DNA of 27,207 nucleotides, taken from assembly GCA_041601615.1 (NCBI GenBank), contig JBFIHX010000019.1, forward strand, positions 1 to 27,207, written 5' to 3'. Shown one piece after another: positions 16,740 through 24,542 of this stretch; within the stretch, counting starts at the first letter, position 1; each line of letters starts with the position of its first letter. A program made the translations under genes and the position numbers. This DNA is from Thermoplasmatota archaeon (GTDB taxonomy: Archaea; Thermoplasmatota; E2; JACPAO01; JAHFTW01). The notes under the pieces were generated by a model. The model had not been told where the DNA came from, searched no databases, and saw only the letters and a list, made by a program, of their open reading frames with translations.

Positions 16740-17621
16740 TCATCCGAATGTGTACGATGCTGCGTAGTCCGAGGCGTCGGCAAGCACGCCGGGGAAGGCT
16801 TGCATTTCGTAGCCAATCCACAGGGTTTCGCCCGGAGGAACGCTGAATGTGTACGAGCCGTCCGCGTCGGTTGCCGTTGAAGCGAATGTGGTGGTGCTTG
16901 GGCTGGAACCGGTGCCGTAGAGGAACTTGATGTTCCCGTCCACGTCAATGCTGCCGCCCGTGCTTGGGCTCAAAAACACGGTGTCCGAGAACGAAACGGT
17001 CACGGGGCCCGATGCTGTGCCAGGGTTGGAGGCCTTGAGGTAGTTCGTGCTTTGTACAAGTGATGCACCGGGCTCGGCGCTCCAGCCGCCCCATGCAGCA
17101 CCATCCGAGGTACCGTCCGAGGCATAGGTGCCCGCACTGGGCGAGACATTGGCGGCGTTGCTGAACGTCGTTTGGTCCGTTGTGGCTCCAGCAACGTAGC
17201 TGCCTTCGTCTTTGACGCTGACCGTTTGGGTGAATGTGCCGGGGGCTTGGCCGGCAGGCCAAGTGTGTTCGTAGGAGAAGGCGAGGATGCCGTCTCCGGG
17301 AGTCGTGTCGGTCTTCGTCCAGCCTGAACAGCCGGTGAATGGTGCTATGCATTGTCTCGTTCCAAAGCTCCCTTCCGTGCTGACGATTTTTACGCCCAGA
17401 ATGTCTGCTTCACCGTTGCTGTCTTGGACAGTAAAACTGAAGGTTTCGGGGACCGCTGCGAGGTTGTTCGTGCTGGAGACGGTGCCAGATAGGCCACTCG
17501 TTATGCTGGGAGTTTGGTTCTGAACTGTGCCTCCGCCTGATTGGGCAAGGGCCATGGGAGAGAGGGCCACCGCTACGATGAGCAGGGCGGCGAGGGTCGT
17601 TGCGTGCTTATTGTGTTTCAT
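16740..17621 (-). CDS. Secreted Ser/Thr/Gly-rich two-domain beta protein without membrane anchor (293 aa)
   Basis: Signal peptide ending MALA-Q; AGGTGA RBS; C-terminal ~115 aa similar to the C-terminus of 17637..19772. Confidence 0.85.
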   Translation of the reverse strand: MKHNKHATTLAALLIVAVALSPMALAQSGGGTVQNQTPSITSGLSGTVSSTNNLAAVPETFSFTVQDSNGEADILGVKIVSTEGSFGTRQCIAPFTGCSGWTKTDTTPGDGILAFSYEHTWPAGQAPGTFTQTVSVKDEGSYVAGATTDQTTFSNAANVSPSAGTYASDGTSDGAAWGGWSAEPGASLVQSTNYLKASNPGTASGPVTVSFSDTVFLSPSTGGSIDVDGNIKFLYGTGSSPSTTTFASTATDADGSYTFSVPPGETLWIGYEMQAFPGVLADASDYAASYTFG

Positions 17622-17636
17622 GGTTTCACCTGGGTG

Positions 17637-19772
17637 TTAGTTCTGGGGAGAAACGGCGAGGGAGGCGCTGTAGGAGCCGTCCGGCAAGATGCCTGGAAGG
17701 GCCGTGATTCGGTACTGGATCCACACGTCACAGTTGGCCGGGACCGGAATGGTTGCGGAGGCCGAGGCTCCACCATTGATGCTTGCCCAGGACACGACGT
17801 TGCTGGGTGTCGTTGCCTTGGCGTGCAGAAACACCACGTTGTTCGATGTGGAGATGGTGCCGCCGTTGGGGCCAGTAAAAGACGGACCAAGATCTACCAG
17901 AATCGACCCCGCAGCATCGCCCGCGTTCGTTACTTTGAGGTAATTCGAGGACAAGGCGTTCGTGGCACCGGGGGCGGCGTTGAAGCTCCACACGGAGCCT
18001 GAGCTGGCTCCGGTGTTGGTGTGGGCGCTCGTGGATACCGATACACTGGAACCAGCTGCGCCTGTACAATCAACGAGCCCCAAGGGGTCATTGACGCTGT
18101 GGCGCACCCATGCTCCGTGTCCTCCGCCGTCCGTGGCGCGTCGTCCGGCGGACCATGCGTATGGCGTGGAGTCAACGCAGCCAAATTCCATGTCCTGGGA
18201 GTTGATTTCGGCGCGTCCACCGAGGTCGTCGGGATTGATCCAGGACGTGTAATCACTGGTTGCCTGATACGTCCATGTTGAGCCTGTATCAGTGCTTTTC
18301 CAATGATGGATTCCGGGGCGCCCATACGGATCGTCGGGGTCGTGGTGGGGCGCGTAGATCCATTGCGTGGAACCCGAGCCGATGACTTCGATGCCTTGAT
18401 GATAAATGCCGGGGTAGTGACCCAGGTAGGTTTCGCTTTCAAAATTGAGCGTATCGGGGTTGTAGCGTTGAAGCCACAGTTCTCCCGTGAATCCCCGGTC
18501 AACTAAGTACATGAGCGAGCTTCCAAAGAAGCCGATGCCTGCCCCCTCGCCTTCCCCGCCATATGCGCTTTTTGAATCTACGAGGACTAGGTCGGAGGTT
18601 CGGTATTTTAAGATCCAACTTTGTCGAGGAAAATCTGGCCAATTGGAGCCGGCGATGTAGAGGAAGTCGCCTTCAACTGTACCGCCACCAAGGCGCAAGC
18701 CTGGAATATCTGAGCTGGTGTTGCGCAGGCCCACGAAATTTCCAGAGTGGGTCCAGCGCTCGATTTCCCAGGACTGTAGGGCGTAGACGTATTGGTCATC
18801 GACGGCGATGCCTTGCGGGCTGTGGTCGTCCATGTCGTGAACTTGTTGCAAGGCGCCGTAGGTGACAGGCGCGGAGGTCCAGGCGTGTGTGCCCAGGAAC
18901 ACCGTCAAGTCAAATCGTGCAATTCCACCGTTTCCGTCCCCGTTGCCTGTCAATGCGTTGCGTCCCACGACCCACGCATACGGAGTGGATGCGCCATCGT
19001 CGAAATCATCAACAATGTAGATACCCTGAGAACCAACTTCGTTGCGGCCATTTCCCGCGTTCGTCCAGGAGGGGTACGCTGTGGTGAATCGCTTTACGGG
19101 TCCAGTGGTGCCTCCGGGAAACTGCCAAACTTCGACGCCGTAGCTTCCGCCGCCGTTGGCGTGGAGGGGAATGACGATGAAATCGCCGTACCACGCGATG
19201 CCGTTGGGGCCAGGGTATGCGTTGCCTTCAAGGTAGTTGTCCAGGAACCAGGAGTTGACGAGGTTCCAGGATTCGTCGTATTGCTTGAGGTAGCTGTCCC
19301 CAGTGGCGACGTTTCGCCACAAGACATAGAACGAGCCCCGGTGGTAGCTGATGCCATCGACGGCGCCTGATCCAAGCCTGATTTCGCCCGTGTAAATGCA
19401 ACTGGTGCCGTACATGGCCACGTTGCCTTGTGCACTAGATCCGGTTCCAGTAAAACGCGGGACGTAAATGAGTGCGTCATGGTATGCGGGTGCTCCGTTT
19501 GTGCCTCCGCTTCCATCGGAACTCGTGTTTATGATGCAGCCTTGGCTGCCGTTCGTGTCATACCGAGCGAAGGTGCTGCTGGTGGTAACGTAGAGCAATG
19601 TGCCATCGCTTGTGACTCCTTGTGCGGTGCCTGCTGATTGGTGGAAGCTCGTGGTTGGATTGGAGGCAAAGGCAATTGACGAGTCGGCGGGAACCGCCGC
19701 CGAGGGAGGAGCCACGAGCATTACGGGCACCAGGACAAGCAACACGGCAGCAAGAATGGCTGTGTGCTTCAT
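17637..19772 (-). CDS. Secreted protein with two beta-propeller-like modules plus shared C-terminal domain (711 aa)
   Basis: Signal peptide; modules begin GTAQGVTSDG and SPQGIAVDD and end with RxE(V/I)xSQ...YAW..GR; ATGA overlap, GGAGGTG RBS. Confidence 0.85.
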   Translation of the reverse strand: MKHTAILAAVLLVLVPVMLVAPPSAAVPADSSIAFASNPTTSFHQSAGTAQGVTSDGTLLYVTTSSTFARYDTNGSQGCIINTSSDGSGGTNGAPAYHDALIYVPRFTGTGSSAQGNVAMYGTSCIYTGEIRLGSGAVDGISYHRGSFYVLWRNVATGDSYLKQYDESWNLVNSWFLDNYLEGNAYPGPNGIAWYGDFIVIPLHANGGGSYGVEVWQFPGGTTGPVKRFTTAYPSWTNAGNGRNEVGSQGIYIVDDFDDGASTPYAWVVGRNALTGNGDGNGGIARFDLTVFLGTHAWTSAPVTYGALQQVHDMDDHSPQGIAVDDQYVYALQSWEIERWTHSGNFVGLRNTSSDIPGLRLGGGTVEGDFLYIAGSNWPDFPRQSWILKYRTSDLVLVDSKSAYGGEGEGAGIGFFGSSLMYLVDRGFTGELWLQRYNPDTLNFESETYLGHYPGIYHQGIEVIGSGSTQWIYAPHHDPDDPYGRPGIHHWKSTDTGSTWTYQATSDYTSWINPDDLGGRAEINSQDMEFGCVDSTPYAWSAGRRATDGGGHGAWVRHSVNDPLGLVDCTGAAGSSVSVSTSAHTNTGASSGSVWSFNAAPGATNALSSNYLKVTNAGDAAGSILVDLGPSFTGPNGGTISTSNNVVFLHAKATTPSNVVSWASINGGASASATIPVPANCDVWIQYRITALPGILPDGSYSASLAVSPQN

Positions 19773-20074
19773 GCGGCACCTCCCATGAGTGCAGGGTTCG
19801 TGGCGTAGGCAACAAGGGCGGCGGTGGCCAATCCAAGAATTACGAGTGGGCCTGTGGTGCCGATTCCGTGGCCACGAAGGGCGGTCAAGAGAATGAGGGT
19901 AGCGGTCGCGGCGAGGACCACCAGGACGGGGGTGAGTTCCTTGAAGCTGGCTTTGCCGTCGCCGTAGCCAGGGTCAGGTTGGGTGGTGGCGTCCGTTGCG
20001 GGGATGGCCATCAAGCCTGCAAGGGAGGCGGCAAGGACGAACGGGGCCGGGTTGAATATGGGTGGATAGTTCAC
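19769..20074 (-). CDS. Small membrane protein, signal-like segment plus 2 TM (101 aa)
   Basis: GTG 20074 in a GTGA overlap with GGAGGTG RBS; three hydrophobic stretches. Confidence 0.75.
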   Translation of the reverse strand: MNYPPIFNPAPFVLAASLAGLMAIPATDATTQPDPGYGDGKASFKELTPVLVVLAATATLILLTALRGHGIGTTGPLVILGLATAALVAYATNPALMGGAA

Positions 20075-20283
20075 GAAATCCACCTCCCTTGGGTGATGGG
20101 ATTGGCGCGAACGTCGGTGAGGTAGTAGGCAAACAGGCAAATGGCCATTCCTGCCAGAATCATTACGCGAATGGAACGGCGCAGGTGGTCGAATCGAGCG
20201 GGTAGTTCTTGGAAGTGGAGGGGAAGGTAGAGGGCTGCGAGGGCAGAGAAGATGAGCCAGGGGATGCTGTTGCTGATGTTCAT
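20071..20283 (-). CDS. Small 2-TM membrane protein (70 aa)
   Basis: ATG 20283 just after the upstream stop; IPWLIFSALAALYL and VMILAGMAICLFAYYL. Confidence 0.7.
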   Translation of the reverse strand: MNISNSIPWLIFSALAALYLPLHFQELPARFDHLRRSIRVMILAGMAICLFAYYLTDVRANPITQGRWIS

Positions 20284-20287
20284 TGGG

Positions 20288-22270
20288 TCACGTCCAGGGG
20301 TTGGGAAAGGGGAGGTAGGGCCATGTGGTGAGTACGACGGCCACGATGACGAGGACAACGAAGGCGCCGACCAGGAGGGTGCGGTCGCTGGGGGCGTCGA
20401 GAGCGGGCGGCTTGGCATGGACGCGCCAAGCGGCAAAACCGAGCATGGCTAGGGCGGCAATGCCAAGGGAAAGCAACGGCCAGGGACTGGGGGATTCCTG
20501 GACGCCGCCGCCACCGGGCGGTGGGTCTTCATTTCCTGGTGGTGGGTCTTCGTTGCCGGGCGGTGGATCTTGACTCGGGATGCAGGGGTCGAGGCTGGCG
20601 AGTGTTACGGGGTGGCGAGCGACGGTTCCGGCGTCGTGGCCGTGTCCGTCGTAGTATCGGCTGACGGTCCATGCGGTCACGGTGCAGTCGGGGCTTACGT
20701 CGAAGTCGATGCCTTGGGAGGCATACTGGGTAAGTCCATCCGTGCCGGTCCAGGTGGGGTAGGCAAGGGTGCCGTGGAAGGTCCAGGTGGTGCCGGTCCA
20801 GTGGAAAATGAGCCAGCCGTCAAGGGCGTTTAGAGAATCGACGGTGCCGTGGGGAATGAAGGCGTAGCCGCCAAGGATGCTGATTCCTTGCGGACCGATG
20901 CTGCCGTAGTCGCCAAGTTCGTACTCGGCCACCACGTCCAGGGTGTCCGGGTTGATCTGGCGAATGGCGAGGCTTCCTTGGAGGTCTCGGTTGACCGGCG
21001 CCCACAGCGAATCGTTCCAGGCTGTGACGCCGCCTCCGGAGCCGTCATGGTTGCCTAGTGGTCGTTCGTCGAGGAAGGCGAGGGTGGAGGCGTTGTAGGC
21101 GGCGATGTATGCTTGCCTCGGTGTTGTGGGGTAGTTTGAGGTGTGAACATAGACGCGGTCGCCACGGGCGACGAGGTCGCCGTTTGTGGTGGGTTGCCCA
21201 TCGGTTGTTGTGCTGCGGCTGGCTTCAACGATGCCGGCGGCGTTGAGGCGCAAGAGGGCGTTGTTGGTGGTGACGAAGGTTCCCGCAGGGCCCGTGGCGA
21301 CCCCTTGAAGGGTGCCGTTGGTGAGGGTGAATTTCTGGCTCGGTGCCTCTATTCTGAGCAGGGCTGAGTCGTAGGTTTGGGTGCGCTCTAGGTCAAGGCG
21401 GGCGTGGAGGATGCCGCCCTTGCCGTTGCCGTTTCCGGTGCTGGCGTCGCGACCGGCGGCGATGATTGTCCAGCCATTGTGGTCTTGGCGCGTGTCGATT
21501 CCTTGGCTGCTTACTTCGGTGCGGGAGTTGGTTGTCCAGGTTGCGTAGGGCATGGTGGATTCGTAATTGAATCCGGGTTGGGCATGGTGCGGGGAGAATC
21601 GAAATACGTCGATGCCGAGGTTTTGGCCGTTGCTTGCGTGACGTGGCAAGAGAAGGGCGTAGTCGATCCAGGCGGCACCTTGGGGGCCGGTGTCGGCGGG
21701 GTAGGTCCGGGGTAGGTTGTAGGATGCGACTTGGGACAAGTCGTCGTTGAGTCTGCGAACTTGGTAGGTCTCGGAGTTGCTTGGTGCCCAGATGACCCAA
21801 TAGGCGCCGTGATTGTAGGTGATGGTGCTGGGGGTGCCTGCGCCCGGGAGGACCACTTCGCCTTGGTAGGTGCCTGTGGTGGCGGAGTAGATGCCGATGG
21901 CGCCGACTGGATTGGTGGAGGTGCCGGCTTTGTGGCCGACGTAGATTTTGCCTGCGTGGATGGTCAAGTCGGTTTGTGCGGCGCCGCCCTGGCCGTCGTT
22001 GCTTGTGTCTCGTAGCCATGCCCTGGAGCCTGTGGCGTCGTATTTGGCGAGGCCGGAGGTGGTGCTGGTGTAGTAGTAGGAGCCGTCTGTGGCGACTCCT
22101 TGGAGGGTGCCGTCGTTGGTGGCGAAGTCTGCGATCTTCGCGGAGGTGTTGGCTTGGAGCGTGAAGTCGGGGCGCGGGTGTGTGGCGGTGGCGGTGGCAA
22201 CAAGGACGAGGGCTAGGGCGGTGATGGCGAGGCGATTGGGGACTGGTTTTGTTGCGGGCATGGCGTTCAC
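20288..22270 (-). CDS. Surface protein with two beta-propeller-like modules, Pro-rich linker and 2 C-terminal TMs (660 aa)
   Basis: Signal peptide; GTLQGVAT occurs twice; SQGID twice; DPPPGNE repeats; GTGA overlap. Confidence 0.85.
   Translation of the reverse strand: MNAMPATKPVPNRLAITALALVLVATATATHPRPDFTLQANTSAKIADFATNDGTLQGVATDGSYYYTSTTSGLAKYDATGSRAWLRDTSNDGQGGAAQTDLTIHAGKIYVGHKAGTSTNPVGAIGIYSATTGTYQGEVVLPGAGTPSTITYNHGAYWVIWAPSNSETYQVRRLNDDLSQVASYNLPRTYPADTGPQGAAWIDYALLLPRHASNGQNLGIDVFRFSPHHAQPGFNYESTMPYATWTTNSRTEVSSQGIDTRQDHNGWTIIAAGRDASTGNGNGKGGILHARLDLERTQTYDSALLRIEAPSQKFTLTNGTLQGVATGPAGTFVTTNNALLRLNAAGIVEASRSTTTDGQPTTNGDLVARGDRVYVHTSNYPTTPRQAYIAAYNASTLAFLDERPLGNHDGSGGGVTAWNDSLWAPVNRDLQGSLAIRQINPDTLDVVAEYELGDYGSIGPQGISILGGYAFIPHGTVDSLNALDGWLIFHWTGTTWTFHGTLAYPTWTGTDGLTQYASQGIDFDVSPDCTVTAWTVSRYYDGHGHDAGTVARHPVTLASLDPCIPSQDPPPGNEDPPPGNEDPPPGGGGVQESPSPWPLLSLGIAALAMLGFAAWRVHAKPPALDAPSDRTLLVGAFVVLVIVAVVLTTWPYLPFPNPWT
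20513..20569 (-). repeat. Degenerate 21-bp tandem repeat encoding DPPPGNE-DPPPGNE-DPPPG linker
   Basis: Read directly from sequence and translation. Confidence 0.8.
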
Positions 22271-23673
22271 GCTGGGGCGGGGGTCGTTGTGGTGAGTGCT
22301 AGAAGCAGGGCGGCGTACACGATGTATGACCCAGTGGCGAGGATGGCTGCGAAGGTCACGGGTTGCTGCTGGATGCGGGCTCGGAAGCCCGGGTGTTGGC
22401 TTGCGGCAAGCAGGGCCAGGAAGGGGAGGGTGGCGGCGGCGAGGATGCTCCAGCCGGTCGCGGTGGTGCTTGTGATGCCTCCGCCGCCGGCAACGTTGTT
22501 GGGGTTGCTTGGGTCGTTGGTGTCGCCGGGGTCGTCAGTCGGCGGTGGAGGTGGTGGCGGTGGTGGGGGCGTTGGGCTCGTGATGGTCGTCTGGAAGCGG
22601 GCTATGTCGCCGGTTCCGTGGCCGTTGCCTTGCGCGTCGCGTCCAGCCCACCACGTCCAGGCCATGCCGTCTTGGCCTATTTGGACGGCGAAGCCTTGTG
22701 ATCCGTACTCGGTGCCTCGTGTGGTGTTGGTGCTCGACCAGGAGGCATGTGCGACTTGGTTGCGGTGGGTGAATGTGCTGCCGTCGAAATGGTACAGGTC
22801 GCTGTAGTCGATTCCGTTGCCGCCGTGGTTGGGGCATAGCAAGAGGGCTCCGGGGAGCCAGTCGCAGCTTTGGTAGGCGTAAGTGCCGGAGGGCGATGTG
22901 AGCGGGTAGGTGTGCAGGACGGTCCCTTTTGTGGGGTCCAGTTCGTGGATGACTTGTTCGCCGATGCACGCTTCGCAGTCCTTGTGCGCGAAGGGCCACC
23001 ACAACGAGTTACCGTGGGTTCCGATGCCGCCGCCTGCGCCTGTTTGGGTGCCTTGGGGGGTCCATTCTTCGATGTAGGCGAGGGTGGTGGCGTTGTAGAT
23101 GCTGATGGCGGCGCGGCGTTCATGGATTGGCGTGGGGTAGTTGCTGGTGCTGATGTAGAGGCGTCCGTCCAGTACGGCCCCGTCGCCGTTGTGCAAGCCA
23201 TAGGAGCCATCATTGGTGGTGTCGCGGGACTTGACCAATGTGCCATCTTGGTATTGGGCGATGCGAGTGGTGGTTTGGGTGAGCACGTTGCCGGCGTGCA
23301 ATGCGATGCCTTGCAGGGTTCCTAGGTCCGTGTAGAATTGAGCGTCGGGCGCCTCGGCGTAGGTGACGCTGGCGGCGGTTTGGGCTGCGGCAGGGGTGGC
23401 CAAGGTGACGATAAAAATGGACACGATCAGGGGGATCGCGGCAGAGTTTGTGTGCCCGGACCCCCGCAAGGGGGCTGGGGTCCGGGGCTTTGGGCACCGC
23501 GCCGTGCGTGGGCCTCGCTTGCAGTGGGTGGTGGTCGTGGTTGGCGTGGCCGGTCTTGGCGCGATGAGCGGGATGGTTGTTCGGTTGGCGTCGTGCGGGA
23601 GGTGGGTGCTCCTGGGCCCCGCCAACCACGGCGGGGCCCAGGTGGTGTATGTGGGGAAGCGAGTGCTGGTCAC
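22267..23673 (-). CDS. Surface protein with one beta-propeller-like module, poly-Pro linker and 2 C-terminal TMs (~468 aa; start uncertain)
   Basis: GTG 23673 in a GTGA overlap with AAGGAGG RBS; hydrophobic signal IPLIVSIFIVTLATPAAA only after ~78 residues; GTLQGIAL...RGTEYGSQG...GRDAQGNGHGTGDIARF. Confidence 0.75.
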   Translation of the reverse strand: MTSTRFPTYTTWAPPWLAGPRSTHLPHDANRTTIPLIAPRPATPTTTTTHCKRGPRTARCPKPRTPAPLRGSGHTNSAAIPLIVSIFIVTLATPAAAQTAASVTYAEAPDAQFYTDLGTLQGIALHAGNVLTQTTTRIAQYQDGTLVKSRDTTNDGSYGLHNGDGAVLDGRLYISTSNYPTPIHERRAAISIYNATTLAYIEEWTPQGTQTGAGGGIGTHGNSLWWPFAHKDCEACIGEQVIHELDPTKGTVLHTYPLTSPSGTYAYQSCDWLPGALLLCPNHGGNGIDYSDLYHFDGSTFTHRNQVAHASWSSTNTTRGTEYGSQGFAVQIGQDGMAWTWWAGRDAQGNGHGTGDIARFQTTITSPTPPPPPPPPPPTDDPGDTNDPSNPNNVAGGGGITSTTATGWSILAAATLPFLALLAASQHPGFRARIQQQPVTFAAILATGSYIVYAALLLALTTTTPAPA

Positions 23674-24005
23674 GAGGCGGCCTCCTTGCGTTGTTGGATG
23701 GCCGCTTCGAGCAGAGAGAGGACCAGCGCGTTCATGGGGATGCGTTCGAGTTGGCTGATGGCTTCCAGTTGTCCCCGGAGGCGATGTTCGGCGTTGGTAC
23801 GAAAGTAGAGATGTTTGACGGCGACGGCGTTGCGGGTGCGCAGGCGGCGTCGTGCGTGGCGGGGGATGGCATGTTCGGGCCAGCCGGCTTCGAGGACCCA
23901 TGCGGGCGTGGGTGCGAGAATGATGTGGCATTTGCCGCAGCGTTGGTTGTGTGTGCCGTCCAGGTTGGTGGGGTGCTCGCAGTTGTAGCAATCGACGCGC
24001 CTCAT
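23670..24005 (-). CDS. Zn-ribbon plus ribbon-helix-helix (Arc-like) DNA-binding protein (111 aa)
   Basis: CYNC...CGKC; C-terminal HLYFRT...LRGQLEAISQLERIPMNALVLSLLEAAI fits strand-helix-helix; GAGG RBS. Confidence 0.75.
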   Translation of the reverse strand: MRRVDCYNCEHPTNLDGTHNQRCGKCHIILAPTPAWVLEAGWPEHAIPRHARRRLRTRNAVAVKHLYFRTNAEHRLRGQLEAISQLERIPMNALVLSLLEAAIQQRKEAAS

Positions 24006-24203
24006 GGTTGATCCTCTCTGGCGTGGTTTCGACGCGGGGTGCGTGGAATGGGCGGTTGGTATGGCTTGCGCTGGGCGGTGATCACAGAATCACTTGTGTG
24101 TAGTCTTTGATGACTACCAATCAATGTTGGGGCCAACCCTTCTTAGTCTTTTTGGGTAGTCATTGATAACCCCCACGTTGGATGGCGGCTTGAGGACCCC
24201 TCA
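24006..24203. promoter_or_regulatory. Divergent promoter/operator region with clustered TAGTC/GACTA sites
   Basis: Locally AT-richer; GTAGTC-N6-GACTAC (24100-24117), TAGTC at 24144 and 24157, ATGACTACC...GGTAGTCAT inverted pair, GTTGG-GG-CCAAC at 24126-24137. Confidence 0.65.
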
Positions 24204-24437
24204 TTGGCCCGCAAACCCGTGCCCGACGACTTGAAACGCAAGAAAGTCCAGGCATACCTCCGGCCCGAGGATTACGATTGGATGCAGGAGGCCGTGGGCG
24301 ACGAGCCGGGTAAGCGGTGGCAGTCCCCGTCTGAAATGTGGGATGTGGGGATGCGCCTGCTGAAACTCTACCACGAACGAGCCGAGTCATTCGAGGCCGG
24401 CATGGTTGAAGAGGCAGTGCGGCAGGCCCACCGTTGA
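24204..24437 (+). CDS. Ribbon-helix-helix (CopG/Arc-like) regulator (77 aa)
   Basis: RKKVQAYLRPEDYDWMQEAV...WQSPSEMWDVGMRLLK pattern; TTG start with GAGG upstream; divergent from the main run. Confidence 0.7.
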   Translation: MARKPVPDDLKRKKVQAYLRPEDYDWMQEAVGDEPGKRWQSPSEMWDVGMRLLKLYHERAESFEAGMVEEAVRQAHR

Positions 24438-24542
24438 GCGCCCCGTACTGAGTCCGGCAGCAAATGACTGAAGTTGAATCAGGACTACGTTGGCCAATTC
24501 AATTCACTGGCCCTCTAGGCGCGGAAGAGTGTCGCTAGTAGA

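Larger units (their letters stand above)
1..24437. mobile_element. Putative integrated archaeal virus/element (integrase + Zot/pleolipovirus-like ATPase module + membrane and surface proteins + RHH switch); boundaries not determined
   Basis: Tyrosine integrase converging on a long, tightly coupled single-strand gene run with no housekeeping genes; ends at a divergent RHH pair. No att site seen; left end is outside the window and the right end may extend beyond 24437. Confidence 0.75.

Noticed and set aside
23674-23991. Longer ORF-track starts (23991, 11893, 9113, 8118, 3436, 2832, 14214, 20436, 20140)
   Set aside because: They overlap upstream genes extensively; downstream starts with RBS and stop-start overlaps fit better.
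24438-24542. Possible tRNA-derived att site in intergenic regions (also 26720-26944)
   Set aside because: No T-arm or acceptor-stem pattern recognised.
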